Assembly (NCBI GenBank): GCA_963807605.1
Contig: CAWECG010000004.1
Span: forward strand, 608,001 to 672,000
DNA from: Candidatus Bathyarchaeota archaeon
GTDB taxonomy: Archaea; Thermoproteota; Bathyarchaeia; 40CM-2-53-6; RBG-13-38-9
Direction: 5' to 3'
DNA length: 64,000 bases
Shown: positions 21,733 to 32,379 of the stretch, in pieces
How the letters are laid out: each line of letters starts with the position of its first letter
Numbering within the stretch: the stretch's first letter is position 1
Program-made: the position numbers and the translations under genes
Notes under the pieces: generated by a model
Seen by the model: only the letters and a program-made list of their open reading frames with translations
What the model was told of the DNA's origin: nothing
Database searches by the model: none

Positions 21733-22422
21733 TTGAGTTTAGTTGTCGGTCTACCACCCACATGGATAGGTATTTTTTTCATTTCTGATGCTGCTGTTAA
21801 TCGTAGTTGTTCTCTTCTTCTTGTAGGGGCCACCGAAGTTGCCTTTCAACGACTGGGATTTGATCGACTGCAGATCATCTTAATTCTCATTGGAACATTT
21901 CTTGGATCCTCAGTAGATGTTCCTGTGCGACGGTTGAAGAGATTCGAGCGGCGTCTCGAGGCGCAGGAGGTTAGGCTCTTCTGGATTACTTACCGGATCC
22001 CTCGTGTCCTAGTCGAGGATGTCTCAACATTAATCACCATCAACCTGGGTGGAGCGATTATTCCCACGGTTGTCTCTATCTATCTCTTGATTGGTCATCC
22101 TCAGGTTTTATTCTACGCATTACTTGGAGTCTCTTGGACGACAATTATTGTGCATCTTGCAGCTCAGAGAGTGCCAAGCTTTGGAATAGTTACGCCTGCC
22201 TTTATCCCACCACTAACTGCTGCACTTATTGCCTATGTTCTTCAGCCGAGTGCACCTAATATTCTCGCTTACGTCTCAGGAACCTTGGGCACTCTGATTG
22301 GAGCCGATCTGACTAATCTTCGTGGAGTAGGTGAGCTTGGCGCTCCTGTCGTTAGCATCGGAGGCGCGGGGACGTTCGACGGCGTCTTTCTTAGCAGTTT
22401 AATAGCAGTTCTTTTGGTTTGA
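21733..22422 (+). CDS. DUF1614-like membrane protein
   Basis: INLGGAIIP, GTLGTLIGADL, SIGGAGTFDG. Confidence 0.85.
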   Translation: MSLVVGLPPTWIGIFFISDAAVNRSCSLLLVGATEVAFQRLGFDRLQIILILIGTFLGSSVDVPVRRLKRFERRLEAQEVRLFWITYRIPRVLVEDVSTLITINLGGAIIPTVVSIYLLIGHPQVLFYALLGVSWTTIIVHLAAQRVPSFGIVTPAFIPPLTAALIAYVLQPSAPNILAYVSGTLGTLIGADLTNLRGVGELGAPVVSIGGAGTFDGVFLSSLIAVLLV

Positions 22423-22562
22423 AGTCAGAGCGGGCATCGGACCAGTGGCCTCGGGAAATTGCTGAGGCATGTCGCAATAACCATAGAATAACGAAAAGTT
22501 CAAGCATATTGTCAGGAAAGATTGATTTCTTATGGCTTTTCTTAACCTAGAGGCTCTCGATC

Positions 22563-23999
22563 TTGAAAAAATATGATCTCATATCAATTGGGACTGGTTC
22601 CGCGATGAATATCGTCGAGTCTATGATTCAACAGAATCCGCTGATCAAGGTGGCTGTGATCGACAAAGATGAGCCTGGCGGGATCTGTCTGACTCGAGGT
22701 TGTATACCGTCAAAAATTCTTCTTTATCCTGCTGAACTGGTGAGGACGATAGAGAGAGCGGGAGAATTCGGCATAGATATCGACATCAAAAAGATCAGTT
22801 TTGAAGAAGTAATGCAGCGGATGAGGAGACTCGTCGGCAAGGACATAGAGAGTATTCGTCAAGGGCTCAACCATTCGAGGAACATAGACTACTACAACAC
22901 GCCGGCCGAGTTCGTTGCACCTTGCACATTGAAGGTTGCTGATGAGACGATAATGTCGGAGATGATATTTCTCTGCACAGGATCAAGACCGGGGATACCG
23001 CCCATTGAGGGTCTGCAAGAAGCAGGCTACCTTACCAGTGACACCATCCTAAAGCTAGACAAGTTGCCCAAGAGTGTTGCAATAATCGGCGGAGGATACA
23101 TCGCGGCTGAGTATGGACACTTCCTGTCAGCTATGGGGTCGAATGTCACGATAATCGGAAGAAACTCCCGATTCATTCCGGAAGAAGAGCCGGAGATCTC
23201 AGCCCTTGCCAAGAGAGAATTAGGAAGGCATGTGACGATCATAACAAACCATGAGGTACGCAAGGTAGAGAAGACATTCGGTGGTCCGAAGAATGTCATC
23301 GCAGTTAACATAGACAGCGGAGAGAAGACAACGGTAAGTGCGGAGAAGATACTTCTTGCTTCGGGACGCAGATCAAATGCAGACATCCTTCACCCGGAGA
23401 AAGGAGGAATCAAGACTGACGAAAGAGGATGGATTAGTGTTAATGAGTATCTTGAGACCTCACAGCCAGGCGTCTGGGCCTTTGGTGATGCTGATGGCAA
23501 GTACCAGTTCAAGCACGTAGCAAACTACGAGTCTATCGTGGTATACCAGAACGCGGTTTGGAAACAAGGTATCAAAGTGGACTATCACGCAGTACCGCAT
23601 GCGATATTCACAGATCCCGAGATTGCCAGTGTGGGCCTAAAAGAGGAAGATGCGACGGAAAGGTATGGCGGGGAAAATTTGTTGATAGGATTTCAGAGGT
23701 ACGAAGATACTGCCAAGGGAGAAGCTATGGACGTTAGAGACTGCTTCGTCAAAGTGATCGTTGAGAGAAACACCTTGAAGATCCTAGGAGCACACATAAT
23801 CGGGCCGCATGCTTCTGTTCTGATACAAGAGATTGTAAACCTCATGTACACTCCTGATCAAAGCGCAACGTCCATAATCCATGGAATGCACATTCACCCT
23901 GCACTGACCGAGGTTGTGGAGAGGGCATTCCACACCTTAATGCCTCCCGTACAGTACCGCCACGTGATCGAGGAGCACTACAAACTGCCGCTAGACTAG
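22563..23999 (+). CDS. Dihydrolipoyl dehydrogenase-family flavoprotein disulfide reductase
   Basis: GGICLTRGCIPSK, IIGGGYIA, HIHPALTE. Confidence 0.92.
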   Translation: MKKYDLISIGTGSAMNIVESMIQQNPLIKVAVIDKDEPGGICLTRGCIPSKILLYPAELVRTIERAGEFGIDIDIKKISFEEVMQRMRRLVGKDIESIRQGLNHSRNIDYYNTPAEFVAPCTLKVADETIMSEMIFLCTGSRPGIPPIEGLQEAGYLTSDTILKLDKLPKSVAIIGGGYIAAEYGHFLSAMGSNVTIIGRNSRFIPEEEPEISALAKRELGRHVTIITNHEVRKVEKTFGGPKNVIAVNIDSGEKTTVSAEKILLASGRRSNADILHPEKGGIKTDERGWISVNEYLETSQPGVWAFGDADGKYQFKHVANYESIVVYQNAVWKQGIKVDYHAVPHAIFTDPEIASVGLKEEDATERYGGENLLIGFQRYEDTAKGEAMDVRDCFVKVIVERNTLKILGAHIIGPHASVLIQEIVNLMYTPDQSATSIIHGMHIHPALTEVVERAFHTLMPPVQYRHVIEEHYKLPLD

Positions 24000-24046
24000 G
24001 ATCATATGTAGACCGGTAAGACATAATAGTGCAAGAAGCTGGCGCG

Positions 24047-25390
24047 TCAGGGCATCGGGTGCACAGGGAAGAAATATAAAAAGAATCCCAAGGCTACCAG
24101 CACGTTCAACGCAAGAACCTTAACACCATATTTTCTTGGCAAGAGTTTCCATGTAAAGGCTAGGCCCAGTGCAATGAAGGGCAATGTATAGATCATGTAG
24201 TAGTTGAATCCGATACGCCGCACAGCTAAGCTCAAGACAACCCAAGGAGTGAAGTTGAGAGCGATGCCTCCCGCTATGAAAAGCGCCGTCTCCCAATCCT
24301 TCTTTCTGATGAATGCTAATGCGAGACCGACTATGGCAGGCCATATGCCATACCACAGGGCTAGGTTTGCCTGTGCATGGTACCAGATTGGGGTATAATG
24401 TGTAGGCTTGCCGTTGGCTGTAACGGTTACGTCTGTCCTATAGTAGGTTGGTGAGTTAAACGGGTCAACGGGAAGAATCCAGTTCCACGCGTACTGGTAC
24501 GGAGCATAGGTCTCGTTGATTACTAAGCCGTGAGGTCCGTGGTAGTTGGCGATGAAGAGCACGTGTTGAACAGGATTCCAAATCACGTTTAACGCGCCCG
24601 TGCTCTGGCTTGTGGTTACGATTGTGGTTATTGCAGTGCCGCTAGGACCGATAACCACGTTGCGAGTAACAAAGTTCGTTATACTGGTTGCGGTCGGAGG
24701 TGTATACCTTATGTCGTAAACCCATAGAAGACCGCCGAAGACGACCAGTGCAATTAGTGTGTATCGTAGTCCAGTCCTAAATGCTGGTTTAAGGGTACGT
24801 CTGTTCACGGCGATATGGTAGATCGCCAATGCGCCAAACATGAACATGCTCATCTCCCGTGCGAGAAAGGCCAAGCCCATGCTTGCAGCCGACCAACTGT
24901 AGCGTTTCCTAAAGTACAATTCAATCGCCAAGAACCCGAATAGAAAAGCGGGCATGTCTATCAGCAAGGTCCCGCCGTGAATGAAGAACACCGTATCGAA
25001 AGCCAGCAGCATCGTTGCGCCCATCGCCCAGGGGTCGCCGAGGAGACGTTTTGCTATCAGATAGAAGAGGTAGAGTGCGAGGACTTGCATGATGACTTGG
25101 GGGAAACGCCAGCCGAACCAGTTGTTGCCAAAAATTGCAATGCCCAATGCGCCGATGAGTTTCGGAAGCGGCGGATGCTCCGCGTTTGCTGCTATCCCCT
25201 GCAGTGTACTTACACTAGCGGGAACGTAGTGTGCCTCATCGAAGACCATGCCACCGTCCGACGGAAAAGCAATCTGAAGCATGTGAATAGCAAAGTAGAG
25301 TAGTAGGAAGTGGCTGATTCGAAACTGGCTGGCAAGATCAAGGATCCTTTTCCAGATTGCTGTGACGTCAATCTCGATCTTGACCTTCAA
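24047..25390 (-). CDS. PMT-like (GT39/GT-C) lipid-carrier glycosyltransferase
   Basis: FDEAHYV, EHPPLPK, FGWRF, multi-TM. Confidence 0.85.
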   Translation of the reverse strand: MKVKIEIDVTAIWKRILDLASQFRISHFLLLYFAIHMLQIAFPSDGGMVFDEAHYVPASVSTLQGIAANAEHPPLPKLIGALGIAIFGNNWFGWRFPQVIMQVLALYLFYLIAKRLLGDPWAMGATMLLAFDTVFFIHGGTLLIDMPAFLFGFLAIELYFRKRYSWSAASMGLAFLAREMSMFMFGALAIYHIAVNRRTLKPAFRTGLRYTLIALVVFGGLLWVYDIRYTPPTATSITNFVTRNVVIGPSGTAITTIVTTSQSTGALNVIWNPVQHVLFIANYHGPHGLVINETYAPYQYAWNWILPVDPFNSPTYYRTDVTVTANGKPTHYTPIWYHAQANLALWYGIWPAIVGLALAFIRKKDWETALFIAGGIALNFTPWVVLSLAVRRIGFNYYMIYTLPFIALGLAFTWKLLPRKYGVKVLALNVLVALGFFLYFFPVHPMP

Positions 25391-25875
25391 TTCCTTCTCG
25401 CCTCAACCAGGATTCTTGAATAAGACAGTGCAGGCGTAAATAAACGTACAAAGAGATCGAAGAACCGGGTAAAATACGTCGTATCGATAAACTCAAGTCT
25501 CTCAACCTCAAATCCAGATACTTGCATTAGATTTCTGACGTGTTCCATCGTGAAGAGAGCGTAGTGCCTGTCTTTTCCACCGTGTTTTGAATATCCACCC
25601 GTATGGGTTCCAAGCAGATAATATTTCAGGCAGGCCGCATTATCCGTAATAAGTCTAAGCAAGCCGCCCTCTCTAAGAACTCGTCTGATCTCTGTCAGAT
25701 GCTGGCCGGGATTCGGCATGTGCTCCAGCACATTGCGCTCATAGACCTCGGCGAAGACGCCATCTCGAAAAGGCAGATGCTGAGCGTCTCCAATAATGTT
25801 GGCCGCGGATCCGGCTGCAAAATCGAGTCTTACATCACCGATTCTTTCTTTTCCACAGCCTATGTTGAGCGTCAA
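25387..25875 (-). CDS. Class I SAM methyltransferase
   Basis: LNIGCG, GDAQHLPF, VLEH, RVLREGG. Confidence 0.85.
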   Translation of the reverse strand: MTLNIGCGKERIGDVRLDFAAGSAANIIGDAQHLPFRDGVFAEVYERNVLEHMPNPGQHLTEIRRVLREGGLLRLITDNAACLKYYLLGTHTGGYSKHGGKDRHYALFTMEHVRNLMQVSGFEVERLEFIDTTYFTRFFDLFVRLFTPALSYSRILVEARRN

Positions 25876-25879
25876 GCCT

Positions 25880-27043
25880 TCAGCGTCTCTGTTCGTCTAA
25901 GACCCTCTCCAAAAGATCAACGTGTGTTTCCCAATTGAATGTTGTCGCCCAAATTTTAGCTGCACGTGACATCTTGCTCCATACTTCCCTGCTGCTCAGA
26001 ATAGAGTCTAGTTTGCCCGCGAAATCCTCTATATCGTACGGTTTAGCATGGAATCCTGATTCCCCATTCAACACCGTCTCTCCCACGCCGCTGTCCCCCC
26101 AGACTACAGCCGGTGTACCGAAGCTCTGGGCTTCCAAAGGACCAAGTCCAAACGGCTCGTATATGCTGGTTTGCACGTATGCTTTGGCATGCTTGTAGAA
26201 TGAATACAGGTCGCTGTCTTCAAGAAAACCCGTGAACTTCACTCGCTCCCCGAGCCCCATCTTCAAGGCAATTCTTTTCAAGGTTGGTGTATGTGCTGTT
26301 TCTTCCCCAGTGACTACCAGTGAAGGCTGAGATTTTTTCAAATGCTTCAAGATGTAAAACGCTAAATCGATACGTTTCCAGGGGTAGTGGCGGCTCGCGG
26401 TAATGATCATGTTTTCTCGTTTTGATTCAACCTGTTTTGCGGGCATTTCAATCCCTGGGTAACATACGTACCCGCCTACACCATATTCTCTTTCAAAGAG
26501 CCTACGCGTCCAAGCGCTGTTGAATAACAACTTGTCAGCGTTCCTATGGCACATCTTGTCCAGGTGTCTTGCTATTGGACGCCCAAACACGCCTAACGAT
26601 CCGTCGAGTAGCAGGAAGTCAGCTTTAGTCGCCCAATTCCCCGCTGCTTCAGGACGCTTGTGAATGAATGTTGTTAGTTGATGCAGGTAGCCGACGTAAG
26701 GTGTCCCGAATAGCTTCTTGGTTCTGTACCCAAGCCACATGCTCGGCTGGGAATGACATAGGAGTATGTCACAGTCAGCCAATTCCCACATCTTAAAGGG
26801 GAGTAGAGAAGACGCTATCATAGCAGACGCTTCTCGGAACGGGAAGGGGAGACGGAGAGCCGGAACGATCCTTTCAGGCTTTGCTTCAACAAGACTCTGG
26901 GGAAACGATTTATTCCACCGAATTATTGGGCTGAAAAGCCGGACCTCATGACCCCGATCGCGTAGACGTCGGGTTTGCTCAAGCACCACACGTTCGCCAC
27001 CGCCAGAATAGAGAAACCCCATGTGGACGATGTGGATCCTCAA
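25880..27043 (-). CDS. Glycosyltransferase family 4
   Basis: GGGERV, EPFGLGPLEA. Confidence 0.92.
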   Translation of the reverse strand: MRIHIVHMGFLYSGGGERVVLEQTRRLRDRGHEVRLFSPIIRWNKSFPQSLVEAKPERIVPALRLPFPFREASAMIASSLLPFKMWELADCDILLCHSQPSMWLGYRTKKLFGTPYVGYLHQLTTFIHKRPEAAGNWATKADFLLLDGSLGVFGRPIARHLDKMCHRNADKLLFNSAWTRRLFEREYGVGGYVCYPGIEMPAKQVESKRENMIITASRHYPWKRIDLAFYILKHLKKSQPSLVVTGEETAHTPTLKRIALKMGLGERVKFTGFLEDSDLYSFYKHAKAYVQTSIYEPFGLGPLEAQSFGTPAVVWGDSGVGETVLNGESGFHAKPYDIEDFAGKLDSILSSREVWSKMSRAAKIWATTFNWETHVDLLERVLDEQRR

Positions 27044-27116
27044 GAGTCTACCCGCTATCCTCAGACAATCTGCTCCACATTCAGCGTACGTTTATCTGGA
27101 TAGGACAAGTGAATTG

Positions 27117-28441
27117 GTGACATCCTCCCATGGCTAAAGCCGTGGGCTTCCCGCTTCAACATCTTTGCTTACCATTCCTCTTAGGGATGGCAGAGGCTCA
27201 GACTCTGCGGGCGTATTCACCCACCGTCCGTGGGCATAGTCGGGTTTGAAGCCTGACAGACCAATCTTCTTGATTAGTTTAGCCGAGTTCTCGTCTCTTG
27301 GAATCGACTCACCGCAATTCAGGCATATATGATCTCTCTCGCTCAGGTCTTTCGGCACCCATGATAGGCAGTCGTGGCAGAATTGTGTGGTACCCCATGG
27401 GTCGACCGGCATGAACCATTTGCCGAGCAGGTTGGCTTTGAATTGTGCCTTACGGAAGAACCTTCCGGGCGAAGCGTCTTGGAGGCTCTTGGCTAGGCAG
27501 TGATTCTTCACCATGTTAGCTACAGCTAGTCTTTCCAAGAATAGGATATCAGTGGTCTTGTACAGTGTTGCCAGTGTCTTGTTTTGGTAGTCGTCTCTCT
27601 GACAGGCTACATGAAGGTGTTGCCTTGCCACTCTCAAAGCCAGCTTTCTCCTATTTCTTGAGCCCTTCTTTGCTCTTGATATTACTCGCTGCAGTCTCCT
27701 GATCTTCTCCTCAGACTTTCTCAGAAACTTCGGTGGCTCCATCGTGGTTGCATCTGAAAGCGTTAGGAACTTAATCAGCCCTATGTCTCCCCCTTTGATC
27801 CGCTCATCTGGAATCTGCGCGATGGGGGTCTTCTCCTGATTTGGAATCTTGCAGGCGAATACCACATACCACTGTCCAGCATTGTATTTTACAGTCAAAG
27901 TTTTGACTTGACCTTCCACCGGTCTATGCATGAAGATTCGGACATTCCCTATCCCCGAGAGGTACAGCTTACTGTTGCATAGTTTGAAGCCTGATTGTGG
28001 GTAGGTGAAGGAGAGATACTTCCTCGGATGTTTCTGCTTGGGAAATCTTGCTCTACCCTCAAAGTAGTTCTTGAACGATCCGGCAAGCCTTGTGGCAACA
28101 CTCTGGACAACCTGACTATGTATTCCCTGAAGATTCTCGTCTTCTCGTCTAAACTCTAGCGCCTTCAGCCTCAAGTCGGTTCTGCTCAGACTGATGTGCT
28201 CCTGTTTCCAAGTACCGATCTTCAGGTCCCTAAGTGTGTTGTATAGCTCACACAATGTGGACAGGTGGCTTTTCATCAGCCTTCCCTGCCCCACTTTAGG
28301 GTATATACGGTACTTGTAGGCTAGAAGCATTCTTAACCATCAATAAATACATGTTTTGAACAAAATTTAAACATCTGGCATCTCACTCTGGAACGCAATT
28401 CATCCCACGGCTAAAGCCGTAGGTTTTCTCGCGCACTTTCT
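27117..28441 (-). mobile_element. tnpB-only element, family 2 copy A (intact)
   Basis: TTAT target, AAAA + LE hairpin; GAAG + RE hairpin + TCAC. Confidence 0.9.
27134..28330 (-). CDS. tnpB: TnpB family 2 with canonical D-E-D
   Basis: AYKYRIYP, GGDIG, FLERL, zinc finger, PRDENS. Confidence 0.95.
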   Translation of the reverse strand: MLLAYKYRIYPKVGQGRLMKSHLSTLCELYNTLRDLKIGTWKQEHISLSRTDLRLKALEFRREDENLQGIHSQVVQSVATRLAGSFKNYFEGRARFPKQKHPRKYLSFTYPQSGFKLCNSKLYLSGIGNVRIFMHRPVEGQVKTLTVKYNAGQWYVVFACKIPNQEKTPIAQIPDERIKGGDIGLIKFLTLSDATTMEPPKFLRKSEEKIRRLQRVISRAKKGSRNRRKLALRVARQHLHVACQRDDYQNKTLATLYKTTDILFLERLAVANMVKNHCLAKSLQDASPGRFFRKAQFKANLLGKWFMPVDPWGTTQFCHDCLSWVPKDLSERDHICLNCGESIPRDENSAKLIKKIGLSGFKPDYAHGRWVNTPAESEPLPSLRGMVSKDVEAGSPRL

Positions 28442-28828
28442 ATAAGAGGGAAGTTTATGTTTGGTTAATAGAATACCAGACTCATGATGAGTACAACCGA
28501 CGATTTGGATATGACTGACAGGTCCATCATGTCCCGATTTTTAACAAGTAAAGCCGTGTCCCATCAACATAAAGAACCCTGATCTGGATACTTCTCGAGG
28601 CCTTTCAATTCTACCCTAGATCTATTGCCTACGGATCCACTGCCCTAATTGAATGCTAGCTTCTGGTGACTTTAGTCTATTCTTCAGCCAATTCTCTCCC
28701 CATCCGAAGTCTTTCCTCATTATGCAGTCTCTCTTCTCTTTGGCATAGGGACCGGAACTAACTGGATACTTATAGTCCGGATCAAACATCTCAGATAGAT
28801 ATGTAGAAGGGGGATTTATCTCCAAGCA

Positions 28829-29183
28829 CTGAAATACCCTGAGCTAAAGCTCAGGGGGTCAATGCCGGTTACGCTATGTATTCGGTGATGGGCCTCTGTT
28901 TGGATTGTAGATAGATATCATGGTCCACGGCTTTCCAATGCTTCCTCTGGCTATGTTCCAAGTAATACTTGATGGCTTCATTTGTGGTAGCGCCGACGGA
29001 GCGGTAGAAGTAACCTGCCGTCCAGAAAGCGTCACCCCAGAGCTTCGCCTTGACCCTGTCCCAGTATTTCTCCCGGAGTCTTCGTGAACTTGCTCCTTTC
29101 AGGAGACGCGCCAGCTCCGAGACGGCCAGATTCTTGCATGCGCCCACGAAGATGTGGGCATGGTCCGGACCGAACTCTATGGC
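28829..29183 (-). pseudogene. tnpA: 5'-truncated IS200 Y1 HUH transposase with its right end (GACC-hairpin-TCAG)
   Basis: AIEFGPDHAHIF (HUH), KGASSR, FWTAGYFYRSVG, YLEHSQ; stop at 28869, hairpin 28837-28856. Confidence 0.85.
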
Positions 29184-29315
29184 CTGAACTACGGCAGGCT
29201 AAAGCCTGCCGGGTCTTTTGAATCTCCCTCGACAGAATCCTAGGGTTTGCGGCCCCATTGCTCTGACGCAATTCCTCTCCAACTTGAAAGATGGAGCGTC
29301 CTTGCTTTACAAACA
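29184..29315 (-). mobile_element. 132-bp non-autonomous IS200/IS605 mini-element (LE + RE, no gene)
   Basis: TCAC, 15 nt, GACG, degenerate hairpin, GAATTGCG ... GACC, perfect hairpin, TAGT, TCAG. Confidence 0.65.
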
Positions 29316-29461
29316 GTGAAAGCCTATCAAGGAATTCTGCGTCTTAGGTCAATTCTCTCTCCTAACTCTGATATTGCTTAGGCGATAACTCGTGCGACTT
29401 CCTCGCCTTTGTCATGGTCCAAAAATCGTCGTGAACTGCGTTTTTTCAACCATTCAGTGCC

Positions 29462-29860
29462 TCAGATCCATTCGCTATGAATGTCATTGATTTTTCTGAA
29501 ATGTGGATCGTCGGATAACACGCGCTTGGATCTAGTCTCTATGCATGTTGCAGCAACGATCGAGTCGGCGGTAGGCAGGTCGCTGTATCGGCATCGGAGA
29601 GCTGCGGACATGAGCGCGATTTTCGAGGTTAGGTCAACTATCTTGAGTCGCGAGGTTAGAATGGAATTGACTCGTAGTTGAGCTACTTCCTTCCCTACGT
29701 TCTCGAACATGAACTTGTAGATCTCATGGATTACGATGGTCGGGACGAAGGTCGTCTCCCGTTGAAGGTCGACCATCTTTCGTGATGTTTTCGCTTTGAG
29801 TTCTTCTGTGTCTGCAAGATAGTGGGTTAGAAAGAACCGTGTGTCAACGGTTGTAGCCAT
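29462..29860 (-). CDS. vapC: VapC PIN toxin
   Basis: VDTRFF, VIHE, LPTADSIVAAT, SDDPHF. Confidence 0.9.
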   Translation of the reverse strand: MATTVDTRFFLTHYLADTEELKAKTSRKMVDLQRETTFVPTIVIHEIYKFMFENVGKEVAQLRVNSILTSRLKIVDLTSKIALMSAALRCRYSDLPTADSIVAATCIETRSKRVLSDDPHFRKINDIHSEWI

Positions 29861-29862
29861 GC

Positions 29863-30102
29863 CTAGTACCTGTCTTGGCGTCTGATGTCGTCCAGTTTTT
29901 TCTTCATCTGTTCCAGAGGAAGTTTGGGTGAGTCGACTCCGGCTAGGTCTTCGAGTGGGGTTATCGGCTTGATGAGAATGCCATCGCCGCTTTCCTTAAC
30001 GAGAACTTGCATCCCCTCCCTTATCCCATACTTTCTTCTCTTGGATGCGGGTATCGTAACCTGACCTTTCCTCGTCACCAAAACGATTTCTTCCGACATC
30101 AC
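29863..30102 (-). CDS. AbrB/MazE-type antitoxin
   Basis: VTRKGQVTIPASKRRKYGIREG. Confidence 0.9.
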   Translation of the reverse strand: MMSEEIVLVTRKGQVTIPASKRRKYGIREGMQVLVKESGDGILIKPITPLEDLAGVDSPKLPLEQMKKKLDDIRRQDRY

Positions 30103-30204
30103 AATCAGTCCTACAAGGCGTCGCGGTTGTACTTAAGCGAATCGTACAACTTTGGATAGTAGATGAACAATCCGAGAGTATCTCAGGATTTCCCTCTGTG
30201 TCTC

Positions 30205-30560
30205 CTAGTAGGGAGATTGCCACATCAAACTTCGATGAGGCACGTATTCGCCTTCCCTACGCCATTGGAAGATCTGTTTTGCCTGTGCTAGATCATGAGT
30301 CTTCACTCCATCGAACAAGCTTCTGTAGTATTCGTGGAGATATTCCACCTTCTCGAAATGAATCCTCAGCGGCGACGCGACCGCGGTCAAGGACGATGTT
30401 CTTGACACCAGATCCTGTTGCAGTCAACCTTTCTAGGAGGGTCACGTGTGGAGGAAAAATGGGTGACGAATACCTTACCAAGAGAGGCAATCAGCTCCGC
30501 CAGACCATTATAGACCTCTCCTGCTGGCTTCAGCCAGAGCGAGAATGCACGGTGGGCTGC
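30205..30560 (-). pseudogene. 2H phosphoesterase (cyclic phosphodiesterase-like), multiply frameshifted
   Basis: Pieces in three frames: FSLWLKP, PIFPPHVTLL, YVPHRSL (two HxT/S motifs). Confidence 0.6.
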
Positions 30561-30589
30561 CCTCAGAGTCTCTTGCCAAACGCACGTTG

Positions 30590-30897
30590 GGTTCTCTCGT
30601 ACTCTTCTGTCAACCCTATATCCCAAACATGCTGCAACCTAAATCCGTATACCACTTCTTTCGTGCAGAACCACTCAATGAAATTGCCCGGTTCATCACC
30701 TCGCCCTCCTTGACGCAGAATTCATCTGTTCTTTGGAGGGTCGGAAACGGTAGTATGTAGATGCATGCTCCAATCACCTGACCAGTCGGGTGCAGAGGCT
30801 TTTCCTGGAATCCTACGATTCGCATCTCGTGGTCGAGGGTCACTATGGAGCCTCTTCTTGCTTGGTCTGAATCTTCGGCATCAAAGAACATTATGTC
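30590..30897 (-). pseudogene. 3' fragment of a sugar-phosphate nucleotidyltransferase
   Basis: IVTLDHEMRIVGFQEKP..IGACIYILP; the 5' part is absent. Confidence 0.65.
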
Positions 30898-32269
30898 TTG
30901 ACACTCCCCTGCCTAAAGATAGGGGATTCTAGCTTCTATCATGTTCATTGGTTGGTGGGTCACTGCCCTTCTAGGCTGCCACCTCATTCCATCCCATTTT
31001 AGAAGGTTAGGGTGCGTCATCACCCTGATAGCTGTTCCTTCACGTTGAAGGTTTGCCATTTTCAAGACTCCAATAGCATCCCTGTGAACTTCCATCCCAC
31101 ACTCCAAGCATTTGAAGAGTCTGCCTTTTCTCTCAATGTTTTCTGAGCTGCATCTTATGCATCTGCTTGAAGTCTTGTATTCGCTGACTTCTTTTACTCT
31201 TATGCCGTATTCTTGTGCCGTACACTTTAGTCTTTGAATGATGTATTTGAAGCTCCAGAAGTTATGGATCATAGCGTTGCTCTTCTTTCCTTTATCGTTG
31301 CCGTCTCTGATGCCTGTTAGGTCTCCTATCACAATCTTTGAAACACCGAGATCATAGAGGTCTCTTACCATGACTCTTATCATGGTGTTGATGGCCTGCC
31401 GGAATCTCCGTTGCCTTATCCTGTACAGTCTATTGAGTTGCTTTGAACTTTTCTTGCCGTTGATTGTTTCAAGTATGCTCTGGCAGTCTGCTATTCTATC
31501 GACCCAGTACCACCAATCAGAGAGTAGATTTCTCCCACTGTATGCTATTGGTTGTTTCCATCCTTCAAGCCAGATGGTGAACAGGTTGATTACACCGGGG
31601 TCGATGTAGCATGTCTTGGAGCCTTTCGGCTTGAATAATGGCCTAACCTTTACGGCCTGAAAGACACACCACTTTCCAGCCAAATCATCATAGATGACCT
31701 CGGCTTTCCCCTGTCTTCCGCTCCATTTTGGCTTGCCTCGGATGGGCATCTTCAACTTCTTTGGTAGTCTCATCACTCCATCCTTTACACTATAGCAGTC
31801 GTTCCTCAGAACCATCATCAGCCTGTATTTCCCATCTCTCTTCCAGTATCCTGGCATACACACCTTCTCCATGTTTGGCGGAAGTTTGCCTTCTCGCTCC
31901 AGCTGCTTTAATGCGAAGAAGCTTCTCCATGACTCGTTGCCCTTCCTGATGATCTGTTGAGATGTCGCCGAATCGATTAGTGGCGTATACTTTCGATAGA
32001 GGTCTTTGCACTCCCAATTTAGGGGTTGATAGTTCATGTATGCCTGTCTTTTGCGGTATGTCGTCTCATTCCAAAGTTTGGCACAGTTGGTAGCTTTATC
32101 CCTCAGTATCCTCTCTTGCTCCACCATTGGATCAAGGATGAAGGTGTTGGTTCTACGCATGAAACTACCAGTATTATTATTGAAATACCAGACATTTAAG
32201 CCCCAAACGTCTCACTCTGGTCGCAATTCACCCCACCCCTGAAGGAGTGGGCTTTCTTGCTAGTTCAAT
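30898..32269 (-). mobile_element. tnpB-only element, family 1 copy 3
   Basis: Same LE/RE; TTAC flank at 32270-32273. Confidence 0.9.
30913..32160 (-). CDS. tnpB: TnpB family 1 (intact)
   Basis: YIDPG, IVIGDL, VSEYKTS, zinc finger, HRDAIG. Confidence 0.95.
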   Translation of the reverse strand: MRRTNTFILDPMVEQERILRDKATNCAKLWNETTYRKRQAYMNYQPLNWECKDLYRKYTPLIDSATSQQIIRKGNESWRSFFALKQLEREGKLPPNMEKVCMPGYWKRDGKYRLMMVLRNDCYSVKDGVMRLPKKLKMPIRGKPKWSGRQGKAEVIYDDLAGKWCVFQAVKVRPLFKPKGSKTCYIDPGVINLFTIWLEGWKQPIAYSGRNLLSDWWYWVDRIADCQSILETINGKKSSKQLNRLYRIRQRRFRQAINTMIRVMVRDLYDLGVSKIVIGDLTGIRDGNDKGKKSNAMIHNFWSFKYIIQRLKCTAQEYGIRVKEVSEYKTSSRCIRCSSENIERKGRLFKCLECGMEVHRDAIGVLKMANLQREGTAIRVMTHPNLLKWDGMRWQPRRAVTHQPMNMIEARIPYL

Positions 32270-32370
32270 GTAAGCTTGGTTTTGGCTGCGGTGTATTCTT
32301 CAAGTTTCTTCTCAGCGTCAGACTGGCGTCTGATGAGTGCGATTAAGAAGCTTGTGTCTAGACACACCAT
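32270..32370 (-). pseudogene. vapC: vapC 5' fragment cut by the tnpB element
   Basis: MVCLDTSFLIALIRR..., directly after vapB, ending at the TTAC site. Confidence 0.8.
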
Positions 32371-32379
32371 CTTGAGCAC

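Noticed and set aside
28622-28825. 67-aa ORF next to the tnpA right end
   Set aside because: No recognisable motif; possibly a gene fragment, but cannot be supported
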